From assembly GCA_038087875.1 (NCBI GenBank), contig CM075996.1, positions 3,164,001-3,228,000 on the forward strand: a stretch of DNA of 64,000 bases. The letters run 5' to 3'. Below are positions 51,301-64,000 of the stretch, piece after piece; position 1 is the stretch's first letter; each line of letters begins with the position of its first letter. This DNA comes from Malacoraja senta. Its lineage: Eukaryota. The notes beneath the pieces were generated by a model. It made no database searches, was not told the DNA's origin, and saw only the letters and a program-made list of their open reading frames with translations. The translations under genes and the position numbers were made by a program.

Positions 51301-54300
51301 GGGAGCAGGATCTCAAGGTTGAAATTTCAGTATTTGTCGTGATGAACAGATAAAATTTACACTAATTTCGACCCAAAGTACAGTTGGCAATTTATTTTAG
51401 ATTATGTTTTTGTTAAATGCGAATATAGTAAATGTTAGAAAGTCAATCAGACCCTTTATGTGAACCGAGTTTGACACACCTGGTTTGGAAGTTTCAGCAA
51501 TTCAACTGAGATGGTCAAAATAGTTCAAAATGATTCAACAAGATAAACACATTTCCTTTTATGGGGCATTACAGAGCGGTAGTATTCTTCTAGTTAGTGC
51601 TAGGATATTTCAGAAAGGTATAATGAAGCATTTTTTCAAACAAAAACTAGCAATCTGGAACACTTCCTCAAATGGCCATGTATACTGGCTCGATCAAAAT
51701 TTCTAAGACAGATTGATAGATTTTTGTTTGGAATGGTTAACAAGGAATACACAAGGGTGGGTAAACAGAGCTATCATACAGTTCAGCTATCCTTGAACTA
51801 ATTAAATGGTTCAATGGGCTCAAGGAGCCAAATGACCTACTTGCCATCCAAAAATAATGCTCCATAGAATAAATTCAGAACCAAATACAAGAGAGCACAA
51901 AAAAAACTAAAGCACCCAGCGTACAGTACTGATGCACTGTGCATTCATAAACGTCTTCTTTCCAACTAAATGTTAAACTAAGCCCCCACCCCACCCTTCC
52001 ACAAATCCTACTGGACTACTCTGGGAGTTATTCCAATGACTCTGATCAACATTGATCCTTCCACCAACAACTAAAACAGATGATGTCATTATCACATTAT
52101 TGTCATGTTTCCTATACTTAAGTAATTACACTTCAACGTGCTGGCTTAAAAATACTTTGGGACATTGGACTTACAAAAAGCACTATAACGTAAACTAAGT
52201 TTTGTCCACCATGCCTTTGCGTTCAAGATGCCCGTCATTGAGTTTTTGAAAGCCAGATTTAAAAAAAATCTAAAGCAACTAAAAACAAAAGCAAAGCAAC
52301 AATGATAACAATATGCTAAGTCAATCAGCCTCTGAAAGAAAACAAAGTTAATATTTTGGATAGAAGTCTTTGAGGGTCTAAAATTGAAATGTTAACTCAC
52401 CAGTACAAAAAAAAATGCAATTAACCACGACAGAAAAATGTTATCAAAGTCTGTACCTTCAAGTTGGTCGTAGGCACTTTCAATGTCGACTCGTCACCAC
52501 AAGCTGTCAGTCCTATGCATGCAAATCAAAAATAAGTGAAAAAAGCATTGTCAAGACCCGACACTGGTCACCATCCTAAATGCAACTTTGCTGTCCACTG
52601 ATGCCTAAATTGGCAGAGAGCCTAGCAATCTCGCCCTCAAACTCCAGAAATTCAAATTTATTTGCACTAAAGAATGATGAGAAAAATGAATGTTTACTAG
52701 TGGAAGAGGATACAGGTTGACTGACTGTGCAGACAAGTGGCAGAGGAAAGTGAATGCAGATAAAGCATGACGTTGTACATTTTGTCAGAGAGAACAAAGG
52801 AAATCTGGACTAAATGGCACAATCTTAATTGTGTGCAAAAATGGGACCCGAGGGTACAAGATCCATGCCAGGTTACAAACACACCAACGCATGAACATCC
52901 GTACATATGAATTTTGGGGACCGGCAGAATGGATTGCCAGCTGCTGAGCGGCTGAAGGAGTCTTCCACCAGGTGGGAACTCTGTGCACAGCAAAAATGCC
53001 CTGGTTTACCGACACTTTGCCCTTGGTTGCCCTATGCTTTTATTTAAATACACAGTTCGTCGCCCTTGAAGAGTGCCACCTAGACATTTTCCATTCGATT
53101 CCTGTGAGCCGTTGGTTACGGCGGTGGTTTCCAACCTGTGAACTGCTTGGATTATGAACAAAACCGTGTCATAACCTGGTAAGGACTTGCATATGTACCT
53201 TTGAAAGCGCTAGGACAAATTTAAAGAACAGTTGGTAAAGCAATGGAATTTTGAGGTTAACAAATTAAAACAAAACGAGAGAGAGAAAAAAAAAAAGGGA
53301 GGTGATGAAACAAGAAAATAAAATAGGCATTTGATGTTGAACTCTGGTAAAATACTACTAATACCGGATTCTTCTGATACTTTTGGAAGAATGTGAAGCC
53401 CCTGAAACAATGGAGTATCAATTTAATGGAAAGGTTCCAGGGATAAGAGATGAGAGATTTCAACTCCAGCGTTAGTGGAGAAGCCGGGATTGTAACCTCA
53501 GGGCAAACATTGAGAAATTTGACAAGATTTGTATATGATTATAATAATAAGTTTGGGCAAGGTAAATAGGGAACAGATGTACCCAGATGGCACAAGTTGT
53601 TCGGCATGGCCGAATTGGGCCCATGGGCCTGTTTCTGTGCTGTAAGACTCCAGCAAAAGTTTCAAGCAGAGATTCTCTTTAAATAAAAGATGTCTGTTCA
53701 AAGTCAGAGGATAGCAAGCAACTAACTTCCTGCACAAATATTAATAACATTTCAGTAAACTATTACATGAAGTGTAAGGTTACTCGCGCAGTTCCAAAAT
53801 GACTTTGTATCTGCCATGCTTCTTCATTAAAAAAAAACTACTTCCAACATTCAAGACAATGGAAGGTCGACACAAAATGCTGGAGTAACTCAGCCGGACA
53901 GGCAGTATCTCTGGATAGAAGGAATGGGTGACGTTTCGGGTTGAGACCCTTCTTCAGACTGATCGATCTAAAAATACCAGTGACTAGATAGAGCATGTCT
54001 GAATTTGGAATATTGGATAATCAATGTACCAAACCATTTTCTGAAATGATTGAGGGTGAATGCAAATTTCAGGAAGGTTTCTGCCTCAATTTTGTGATAT
54101 TTCTCAGAATAAGTGATCTGAGCCAGATGAACTCTCACAAATCTCGAGCCAATGGGAATTAATGAAGGAGTGAAAGGCAAGTAGCCAAGATTTTACTTTC
54201 CAGCTTTTGTTCAGCAATCTCTTCAGGGAAATGTATAGATATCAAAGGATGACTGCTTTAAGCTCGGCTGTGCAAACACCCAACTAATAATTATAAGGAA

Positions 54301-56714
54301 CATTACTAAAGAGCTGCTACACCAGTCGGGAGAGATTGAGTGGGGAGGAAAGAAAAAAATAAGAGGTTGGCATACCAAAGTTGGCATTGTACAAAGAGCG
54401 GCTATACCTATTCCTCTTCTGTTTCAACATTTGTAAATGAACACTAGCAGAACTGAATAAAATATTTAAAAGCATATCCTTAAACAAGTAAAGGAACTGT
54501 GGTTGATATAGGATGTATGGACTTCCAAACAACATCTGACTGCCACGTAAAGGTTTCTCTTCAAGAATGAAGGCTGTGAATAAGTGGAGCTGGAGCAACA
54601 CAGATTTATTACCCAAAATTGGCTAAACAAACAGAAATAACAGTAACAGAAAGGGGTGTTTATCTAACTAGAGGAAAGTACAATTTGGAGATCCTTGGAG
54701 AAATGATTTTTGTAATATTTAACGGACTTAGATGTTCTCGAAACATTTTACAAATTTGTACAGGACTTTAAAGTTGGAGCCAGAGTCAAGTATGAGGATA
54801 GTTACAAACTATATACAGAACACAAGGTGAGCTGAAGGGCCTGTTTCCGTGCTGCACAACTTTGTGACTCTGCAAGGAAGATACAAACAGAAAGTGGAAC
54901 AGTGTGTAGGTGACTGTTGAAATGTAATGCTGACAAATATAAAATATTGGGCAAATGGGAAAAATCAGAGGGCAATACTAAAAGAGGTACAGGAAGAGAG
55001 ATCTGGAAGTATGTGTATGGTTCAATGAAGTGCCAAGATAGATTAGGAAAGTGGCTCGAATTTTTTTTTTTTTTTAGCATATAGTAGAAGACATGATGAA
55101 CCTTACAGAATAATAGTTCAGACGTGGCAAGTATAATGTCCATTTCTGGACAAGACATATCAAGAAAAATGTGAGGGCTCTCTAGCAAAGAGATTTTCCA
55201 AGACAATTTCAGGGATATGTCAAGTCAAGAGTGTTTTATTGTCTTGTCATCTTATCTTACTTTATTTTTCTTTTGTTTTCTGTTTAACTCTTTCTTGTGG
55301 TTTAGGTCCCTACGGATTTCCCTGGACCACTCTTTCACTCACTCACTATCTTTGCTAACTCTCTCTATCCTTTTTCTTTATTAAAGTCTAAAATAAGAAG
55401 TGGTACAAGAAATGTATAATTTTATGTTTGTTTGAGATCACTGCATTGTACAATACTTCTAATAAAAATAAAAATAAATAAAAAGTGTTTTATTGTCATA
55501 TGTCCCAGATAGAACAATTAAATTCTTATTTGCTGCAGCATAACAGAATATGTAAACATAGTACACTGTAAACAATATGATAAACAAGAGAAAAAAAGTT
55601 TAGTGTGTATATATACACACATGCACACACACATATATGTGCATATATATACGAACACACACACACACACACATCTAACATAGATATTTAAAAGAATCAA
55701 GAATATTGAGCGTAGAAAGAGATAAATTGTTCCCATTATCAGAGGGGTCAAGGGCTAGGACACTGAAGGAGATTGCCAAGGAACCAAAAGTGACTTTTAA
55801 AACAAAAGTGAATAGTTCAGGTCTAGAACACATTGCCATGGAGGTAATAGTAGAAGCAGAATCAACTGTAGCATTCAAAAGGGAGCTGCATTACTATCTG
55901 AATGGGAAGCATTTGCAGGATTATGGGTGGAGACCAAGGCAGTGAACCTTGCTTAAGGCTGGCAGAGAATCAATGGGCCAAATTACCTCCACGTTTAACC
56001 ATGCTACAGTTCTTTGGAAATACATTCAAGCCCATGCCAAAGACTTCAGTCACTAATACTTCAGTACAGCATTGAGTGGAGAAATTCATCCAAAATACTG
56101 CACAAGACATTAAAATGAAAAAGTGCTACCCATCCTCTTGGATTAACTTAAAAGATCCCGTAGGCAAATTCAGAGAAAAGCTTTCCGTTAGTTCAACTGA
56201 CACCAAATTAACTTCACCGTTCACCACTGAACTTAAGCTTCCTGTTGACTGACCACATTATGCTCAATTAATTATGACTGATCTGTGTCAATTCTACTCA
56301 ACCACAACTTGATTCACATCTTCTTCTGAAAAATTCAATTTTTAAATTTTTTTTTAAAGTATTTTCATATTGACAAGCGTTTAAAAAAACCCTAAAATCC
56401 AGCTTCCTTGAACAGGATTGACAGGCACGAATAAAACTTTTAAATCACTCAGGCAAGCTTTTGGAAATTCAAGCAATTTAGTTCTTTCCTCCTTTTGGGC
56501 ATATTTATGAAAGGTCAATATTTTTCTCAAAAAGAACTGGTTACAGTTTTGACTCCTGAAATTTGTGTGGAAGAAAAATGCCCATGAGAAAGCTTAGCTC
56601 TGAGTATTTAAAAAAATTCTTAATGACTTAAAAGAATTTGATCATTAAAAGTGTTCCCTTCTCAAGGGGGTTGTTGCCAGTTCATAGCAGAGCCAGATGT
56701 ATCACAGAGTACCA

Positions 56715-57879
56715 TGTTTAAGAAAGAACTGCAGATGCTGGAAAAATCAAAGATAGACAAAAATGCTGGAGAAACTCAGCGGGTGAGGCAGCATCTATGG
56801 AGCGAAGGAATAGGTGACGTTTCGGGTCGATACCCTTCTTCAGACTGATGTGGGGGGGAGGGGGCGGGAAGAAGAAAGGAAGAGGCGGGACAGTAGGCTG
56901 TGGGAGAGCTGGGGAGAGGAAGGAGGGAGAAAGCAAGGACTACCTGAAATTGGAGAAGTCAATGTTCTAGGGTGTAAACTACCCCAAGCGAAATATGTGG
57001 TGCTGCTCCTCCAATTTGCGGTGGGATTCACTCTGGCCATGGAGGAGGCCCAGGACAGAAAGGTCGGATTCGGAATGGGAGTTGAAGTGCTGAGCCACCC
57101 GGAGATCAGGTTGGTTAATGCGAACTGAGCGGAGGTGTTGGGCGAAGCGATCGCCAAGCCTGCGCTTGGTCTCACCGATGTAGAGCAGTTGACACCTAGA
57201 ACAGCGGATGCAATAGATGAGGTTGGAGGAGGTGCAGGTGAACCTCTGCCTCACCTGGAAAGACTGCTTGGGTCCTTGGATGTAGTTGAGGGGGGAGGTA
57301 AAGCAACAAGTGTAGCATTTCCTGCAGTTGCAAGGGAAAATACCAGGGGAGGGAGTGGTTTGGGTGGGAAAGGACGAATTGACCAAGGAGTTATGGAGGG
57401 AGCAGTCTCTGCGGAAAGCCGAAAAGGGAGGAGATGGGAAGATGTGGCCAGTGGTGGGATCCCGTTGGAGGTGGCGAAAATGTCGGAGGATTATCTGTTG
57501 TATGTGACGGCTGGTAGGGTGGAAGGTGAGAGCTCTGTCCTTGTTACGAGTGGGGGGAGGGGTGAGAGCGGAACTACGGGATATAGAGGAGATCCTGGTG
57601 AGAGCCTCATCTATAGTCGAAGAGGGGAACCCCCGCTCCCTGAAGAACGAGTCCATCTCCGATGCCCTGGTATGGAACACCTCATTCTGGGTGCAGATGC
57701 GGTGTAGACGGAGGAATTGGGAGTAGGGGATAGAGTCCTTACAGGAAGCAGGGTGGGAAGAAGTGTAGTCCAGATAGCCATGGGAGTCAGTGGGTTTATA
57801 GTGGATGTCGGTCAGTAGTCTGTTACCTGCAATGGAGATAGTGAGGTCTAGAAATGGTAGGGAGATGTCGGAAATTACC
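56715..57879 (-). mobile_element. Penelope-like element 3' fragment: RT thumb + GIY-YIG endonuclease + pLTR with hammerhead core
   Basis: FLDL...YKPTDSHGYLDYTSSHP followed by NLIYCIRCSRCQLLYIGETKRRLGDRFAQH (ORF 56979..57680); GAGTACCA repeated at 56707-56714 and 57880-57887. Confidence 0.9.
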
Positions 57880-60783
57880 GAGTACCACAGCAGTTACCAG
57901 AGGTATGGTCAAAGTGATACAGTTTTGATACAAGTTGGAAATAGAATTCCAGAGTTTTTGTTTTAAAACCTTTACACATCGGGGATTTAGCAAATAGAAC
58001 TTACTTCATTATTTGCCTCCCCACAGAACAATGACAAGAAATGCCTTTTCATGGTACTCCAGGAATCACATACAGATCAGCTGCGCTTTCCCAGCCCTTC
58101 GATTTCAATTTTTTTTTAAATTGTCAATTTCAACACACACCACCAAATGAGGACAGGTAATATTTTACTGGGTAATTAATAATTTTAGGATGTATTTTGA
58201 CTGTCAATGTTTATGATTGAAGTTTCACCAAACAGGAATCAGCACAGGGCTATGCAGCAATAAGGAAGGGCTTGCATAGCGAACGTAAGAAATCTCATAG
58301 CATAACCCAACAGGCATTAAAATTTTATCTCAGCGATATAGGTCTCCATCACTTACAAGGCACAAATGAAGGAACATAAGACAGACCAATAACCTTGCAC
58401 TTTCTGGGATTGGTGCATATTTTACCCACCAACATCTCAAATTCCATCAAGCCAACCAATATAGTCCATCCTTTTAAATGCCTTTTACTTTAAAGATAGC
58501 GGAGTCAGGGGATATGGGGAGAAGTCAGGAAGGGGGTACTGATTGGGGATGATCAGCCATGATCACATTGAATGGTGGTGCTGGCTCAAAGGGCCGAATG
58601 GCCTACTCCTGCACCTATTGTCTATTTACAGCAAGACAAATGATCTACAGATCTACCAACCAAATCATCTCTGAACCAGGATATAACAGGCTGTGCCATT
58701 ACTAGACAATCTTCAAAATGAACTGGATCAATGTGTCCCATGTATTTATTAATGGAGCCTTTAAAATGAAGTCAAATGCTTATGAACAAGTTAAAATCAC
58801 ACCACAAAATGGCAATCCTGCTCAGCAAAAGAGGATCAGCAGATTTGGATATATGGTGATGAGCTAATGGTGCAAAGTTATCAATCCATGGGATAAAGAC
58901 TGAACACCAATTCAGAATTCCACCTAAATGATTGAAAAGCCCTCAAAGGATGATGACATGACAGACACCATCTGTGTAAAAAAATGTATTTACTATTTCA
59001 GGTGATGTCTTTATCTGAACTCAATGAAAGATCTTTCAACCTGAAAAGGTTAACTGTTTTCCTCCACAAATGTCGTCTGACAACTATGTTGAGCACTTCC
59101 TCGTTATACCCATGAGTTTCAGTTACTTGGTATTTTATTTTTATGTTGCTTTACTGATTCATGTCAACTTACTATAGTGCATGATGGTCTTCAGACTTTT
59201 CATGCCGACAATATTGATACCTCCAAATCGTTGATGTATTATGTTAAAACAACACACATTGGGTCAATCTCTATCTTTCCAAAAGCTTTTACAATGTCAG
59301 TTTGATATCAGTGAAGATACCTGGAAGTTTCAAAAGGTTTAGATTATGTTCGCTGAAAATGAAAATCCTGGTACTTGGCCAGTATTTGCCTCGAGAAAAT
59401 ATTTTGTGTTGCACAACACTAGAATGAAGTCCTGCTGCTTCATCACGGACAGAAATAATTTGAAATGTATAACCCTTTTAAAAAGTATCGTAGCTGAAAG
59501 CAAATTGTCTAGCAGTTTTGTCAGTAACTAACCATTATTTGTAACCAAATAAAACCAGATATTTGATCAGAACAAGATGGAAATTTAACATTGCTTGAAA
59601 TTATATCCAAGTAATTGGATTTAACGAAGTTCCTATCATGAACAATTCTGGCCAGCACTTATATAGAACTCTAGGTCACAGGAAGCAGCACTTCCTGATA
59701 CACACTATTAACTGCATTTATACAGTGCCATTAACATTAAAAAATGTCAAGAAATTAACATAAGGAATAATTGAGACTGGAGATATTAGACAAATAAACT
59801 TTGGATAAAGCAGAATGTTAAATAAGACTATTAACAAATGACGGATGGAGAGGGTGTGCGCTTAGGGAAATTTACAATTCTAAAGTTTGGGGTCTGGATA
59901 GCTGAAGCTCGACTGCCAATGCTTAGTTAGTGATTGGAGATGCAGATGACGAATGGTTGTGTTAATGAAAGGTCACTCATAATTAATGGTGCAGGAATTA
60001 GAATGGGATAGGACACTGCAGAGGAAGTGTAAGCAAGGTGAAGGATATCAATACAAGGGTAATAATTTTAAATAGGTAACACACACAAGTCAGGCAGTGA
60101 ACAACCTACAAGCAAAAAGGCTTTAAATGAGATGAAATTAGAAGGGACAGTAAGTGCTACAAAATATTTTCTAAACTGTTCAAAATTATGGAACTAATGG
60201 GAAGATCACTGGCAAATCTTACAGGGGGTACCCTTACAATTGTACTAAAAGCTTGTTACTTTCAAATACGCAACTGATATTACTGGTCATTTTTCAGCCC
60301 AAGACTGAAGTTGCTAATGGAATAGGTGGCCATTCAATAAGACTACACATCTGACTCTGATTGTGAAGCTATGGTGGGAGATAGAACTAAATATTTCAAT
60401 ACATACTCAAACAGATCTCACATCAGCATGTAATGTTACAAAGATGCAATACGGAAATGAAGAAAATATACCATTTACCCCAGTTGAAAGCAGCCAATGT
60501 TTTTGCAATTGAAAAGTTTGCGTCAAAGTAGTAATACATTTAAAATGTAGCAAATCTGCGCCTTTTCAAAAAAAAATATTAAGAAACAGCCATCTAAAAT
60601 GAGCTAGTCGGATACCTCAGTAACTACCCCAGTGGGATAAGTAAACATCTCATAACCCTACAGCTCATTATATTGCAGAATAAAAATATTAAGATTATCT
60701 AACACGATCCCTGAAACTGAGAATGACGGGATACAGGATAACAAGTCCAATTTAAAGAAAGTCCAAACCCACAAAGAGACTCA

Positions 60784-61437
60784 TGGGCCTGTCCCACTTG
60801 GCGATTGTCACTGCATCCTGGCCTATCGCCGGCCGTCTTGACTATGTCTTGCCACTGGATCCTGATAGGCCAGGACCAGAGAGTAAGGCTGACGATTTGC
60901 ACAACTCTCCCTCACTTTAATCCAAGTCGAGCGCAAGTCATGATTCAAGACCCGTACCGCCTAACTGGTCGAAGCACGATCACCACGGGAGCATGTGCAG
61001 TGGGAAGGGGCGCACCGCAGAAGCTCAGAGGAAACGCGCCGAGCGCAAGGCTCGAGCCACTTCAACTTCTACTGCAGAGCCCACCCAGCTGTGTCCCGTA
61101 TGCGGGCGAGCCTTCCGGGCCTGGATCGGTCTCACCGGTCACCTCCGCTCCCACAAACAAAAATTGGTCTTCTGCATCTACGAAGGACAAACAACAACAG
61201 CAGCAGGTCGCCGAAAAACCAGCGACAACCTATGACAGCACCTAAGTCAAGCTATGCCTGGCGTCAAACCCACTGTCGACAATTTTTTTCAACATGTTGA
61301 AATTTAGTGGCGACCAGAAATACGCTACGACTTTTTGCGCGACTGAGGGGACTACTCCCGGCGACCACCAGCGAACATGTGGCGACAAACTAGTCGCCTG
61401 TAGTTGCCTTAAAAAATCGCTTAGTGGGATAGGCCCA
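60784..61437. mobile_element. MITE with TGGGCCTGTCCCACT termini, containing a nested RTE fragment
   Basis: TGGGCCTGTCCCACTTGGCGATT ... AATCGCTTAGTGGGATAGGCCCA; TSD not clear. Confidence 0.7.
60962..61205 (+). mobile_element. RTE-clade LINE 3' end (C2H2 finger + (CAA)n tail)
   Basis: ORF 60993..61235 contains AQRKRAERKAR...CPVCGRAFRAWIGLTGHLRSH, followed by GAAGGACAAACAACAACA. Confidence 0.7.
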
Positions 61438-64000
61438 TTGCTTTCCCTCCTGGGTGACTTCAATTCTGGTTAGAACAGAATAAAGCCTCTGGAAAGGCAA
61501 TACAGACAAGGAAAGAGTAGGTAAAGGTAACTCCAGGGGAGTCCTTGTCCTGATGCAATGCTCCAAACACAACCATGTCGTGATCAATATCATTATGCCA
61601 AAGAGACAATTACAGGACCTCATAACCAATTCATACACGTATAGTCTTAGATCTTGTCATTATGTGAGCAAAAGATAGCTAGTGGAAAGATGCAAGAGAT
61701 CCAGCAACTTACTGATAACCACTGTACACATGGTTTCTTCAGCAATGTCTGGACTATCTAAGGCCCAAATATCCAAGGACCCACCCTGTTGAGAGACAAT
61801 AAAGGAGAAATTATCATGAGCCTTCTTATTTACAACCAAGATGGACTATGGAGACATGTAGACACAAGGAAATGCAGCTAGTAGTTTACAAAAAAAGACA
61901 AAGTGCTGGTCTCACTTAACAGGTCAGGCAGAATCTCTGGAGAACATAGATAGGCAATGTTTCGGATCTGGACCCATCTTTAGACTGATTGTAGTGAGGG
62001 GGGTGGGGAATGAAAGCTAGAAAGGAGATGAGAGCGGGACAAAGTCTGGCAAGTGATAGGTGAATACAGATATGGGTGGGGGATCTTTGATTGGCACATA
62101 GTTGGGCAAGAGCCACAAATAAGAAGACAAAAAGTATGGATTAATGAAATAAGGATAGAAGAGGTGTGAATAGCGAAGCCATAGGAAGGAATATTGATGG
62201 AAGGGGATGGGAAAGGGAGAAATTAGAGCGCATCCAGGTGGGACATAGGGAAGAGAGGGGAAAGGTTGAAGGGGGGGGGGGGGGGGAGGATGATGAGAGG
62301 AAAGAGAAGCGGTTTGTAGTATTAACATAAATTGGAGAATTCGATGTTCACACCTGTGGAGAATTCTGCTCAAATTTGTCACGTTCTATGTCTGCTAGAA
62401 GTTGGCATGCAAGCCATGATTCTAAACCTCATTAACAGACACCATGTCAATGACCCAGAATATTACAGTCCTATTGTAGGCCGGGGCCCAGTCAGGTTGC
62501 ATCACAATTCCAACTATTGCCTCCATCTTCCTCACTATAATATTGCGCTTCACCTCCAGAACGTTTTCAGCTGGAATGGAGTTTATCGAAGGGTTAATTA
62601 AATAATTCTATTCACCTCAACTCCACTCCAGAATTTTATTCATTGATCTGCAGTAAATCAGATGGCAGTTTCAGACGTACACATTTTCAGAGGCTGAGGG
62701 TCAAGACACTGCAGACTAATTTACTGAATCATGCAAGAGAATGTGCCTTGCATTAAAGATACATAAACAAAACGATCTCTACCAACCTAGCCTTGCTAGA
62801 TACGATTTCCCACCCACAGCAACTTCTTCCACAATTAAATCTACATGGTACATTTTCTCTGCCTCATGAGCCACCTTTCACTGGAGGCAGACAATGTAAA
62901 AACACCATCATCTCTAGTCTTCATCAGCACAGTCTTCATGATTTAAGACAGACACAAACCATTACCTATTGGGCAAATGATCTATACCTTCCTTGATCTT
63001 CAAATACTCTTCTCTTTAAATTATGAAGACTCTACTGGTACAGTGGAGATGATGTTGAATTTTCGAAATGGTATCTACCTTCAGATACTTGGACAGTCTA
63101 CAGCAGGCATCTCAAAGAACTGGAAGGATACAGTCAATACTGTTTTCACAGAATCTTCCAAATTCAGAGTGGATGGGTGAACCAACATTAGTATCTGCTC
63201 CCAGCCAACATCAAGGCTCCAATTGTACTCAGTGGCATCCGATGGGCAGGCCACAACATTCGCATGCTCAAATCAGACAGCCGAAGCAGGCATCTACTCT
63301 AGGCTCCTTTCTACAGTGAGAGATTCTCAGAATTTTGACACTGTGTCTGACATTCGTGAGAGGTAGCGCCAGGAATGTAGAATTTGGAAATGTTCTACTG
63401 CCTCATTGTGAACCTTTATTGTTTGGAACAAGGGTGCAAGTTGTGCCACCTGTGGTAGTCTGCAGATACCACGATGGCCTCAAGGCCCCATGGTATTGGA
63501 GAAGCAAGGCATCTTCAACTGCTAGGCAACCCAAGGAAGATCACTTTAAGGCATATCAAATTAAAAAGTTATTCCCACCTTAAAAGGGTCTAGCGTTTCT
63601 TTACAAATCAATCCCAAGATGCTCAGGCAGCAGTGTATCAATTTTCTATCATTGTGGGAAAAGTACATGGTCATTGTGTACTGGTTCCCTCTAATGGACT
63701 CACTGTTTAACAGCAGATGGAAAACAAATCAGTGGCTGCATTCCTCAAGGGAGTGCATTCCCAAACCAGAAAAAAATGAAAGCCTTTGATGAACAGCTTT
63801 TAGAATATTTTCCATATCTGGCCCTGGAAAGCTTCGAATCCTAAGCACAAATTTCTAACAGTTGAAATATTCCATTTTGGACTTTGCTTCTTTCCAGCTC
63901 TGGCCAAAAAGTTGCAAAAGCACGAGTTTGCTTCATTATTAGCCATTCCTGATGCACAATTGCATCCCACAACTCTCTCTCATCTTAAATGAATCAAAAC

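Noticed and set aside
45376..64000. UBE2I first non-coding exon/promoter or another gene
   Set aside because: No CpG island or convincing exon chain seen; probably intron 1 continuing beyond the window.

Overview
Eukaryotic, repeat-rich vertebrate DNA. The CR1/HER1-type LINEs, HE1-type V-SINEs and Penelope-derived short repeats point to a cartilaginous fish, probably a skate or ray (inference). I reconstructed two spliced minus-strand genes by hand. (1) A complete 158-aa SUMO E2 gene (UBE2I/Ubc9; 6 coding exons, 45355->26600) with six substitutions relative to the near-invariant mammalian protein and a long, repeat-poor putative 3'UTR. (2) Downstream, a TEX33/CIMIP4-like gene (16965->3387, about 320 aa) with a perfect palindromic RFX X-box upstream; its frame closes only with a 28-nt micro-exon or a 1-nt indel. 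The TEX33-UBE2I linkage suggests a second, WGD-derived Ubc9 paralogue that mammals lack. An orphan terminal exon lies at 698-1023. Mobile DNA: a CR1 with an uninterrupted 946-codon ORF2; a decayed L1/Tx1 element; a Penelope GIY-YIG fragment; roughly twenty short Penelope-derived inserts, many carrying a minimal hammerhead-ribozyme core; PIF/Harbinger-, hAT- and Tigger-type MITEs; a 140-bp TIR element carrying (CCCTAA)n; and a 1.2-kb GGTTAG/GT satellite. All family and gene assignments come from motif recognition and memory, not database searches.
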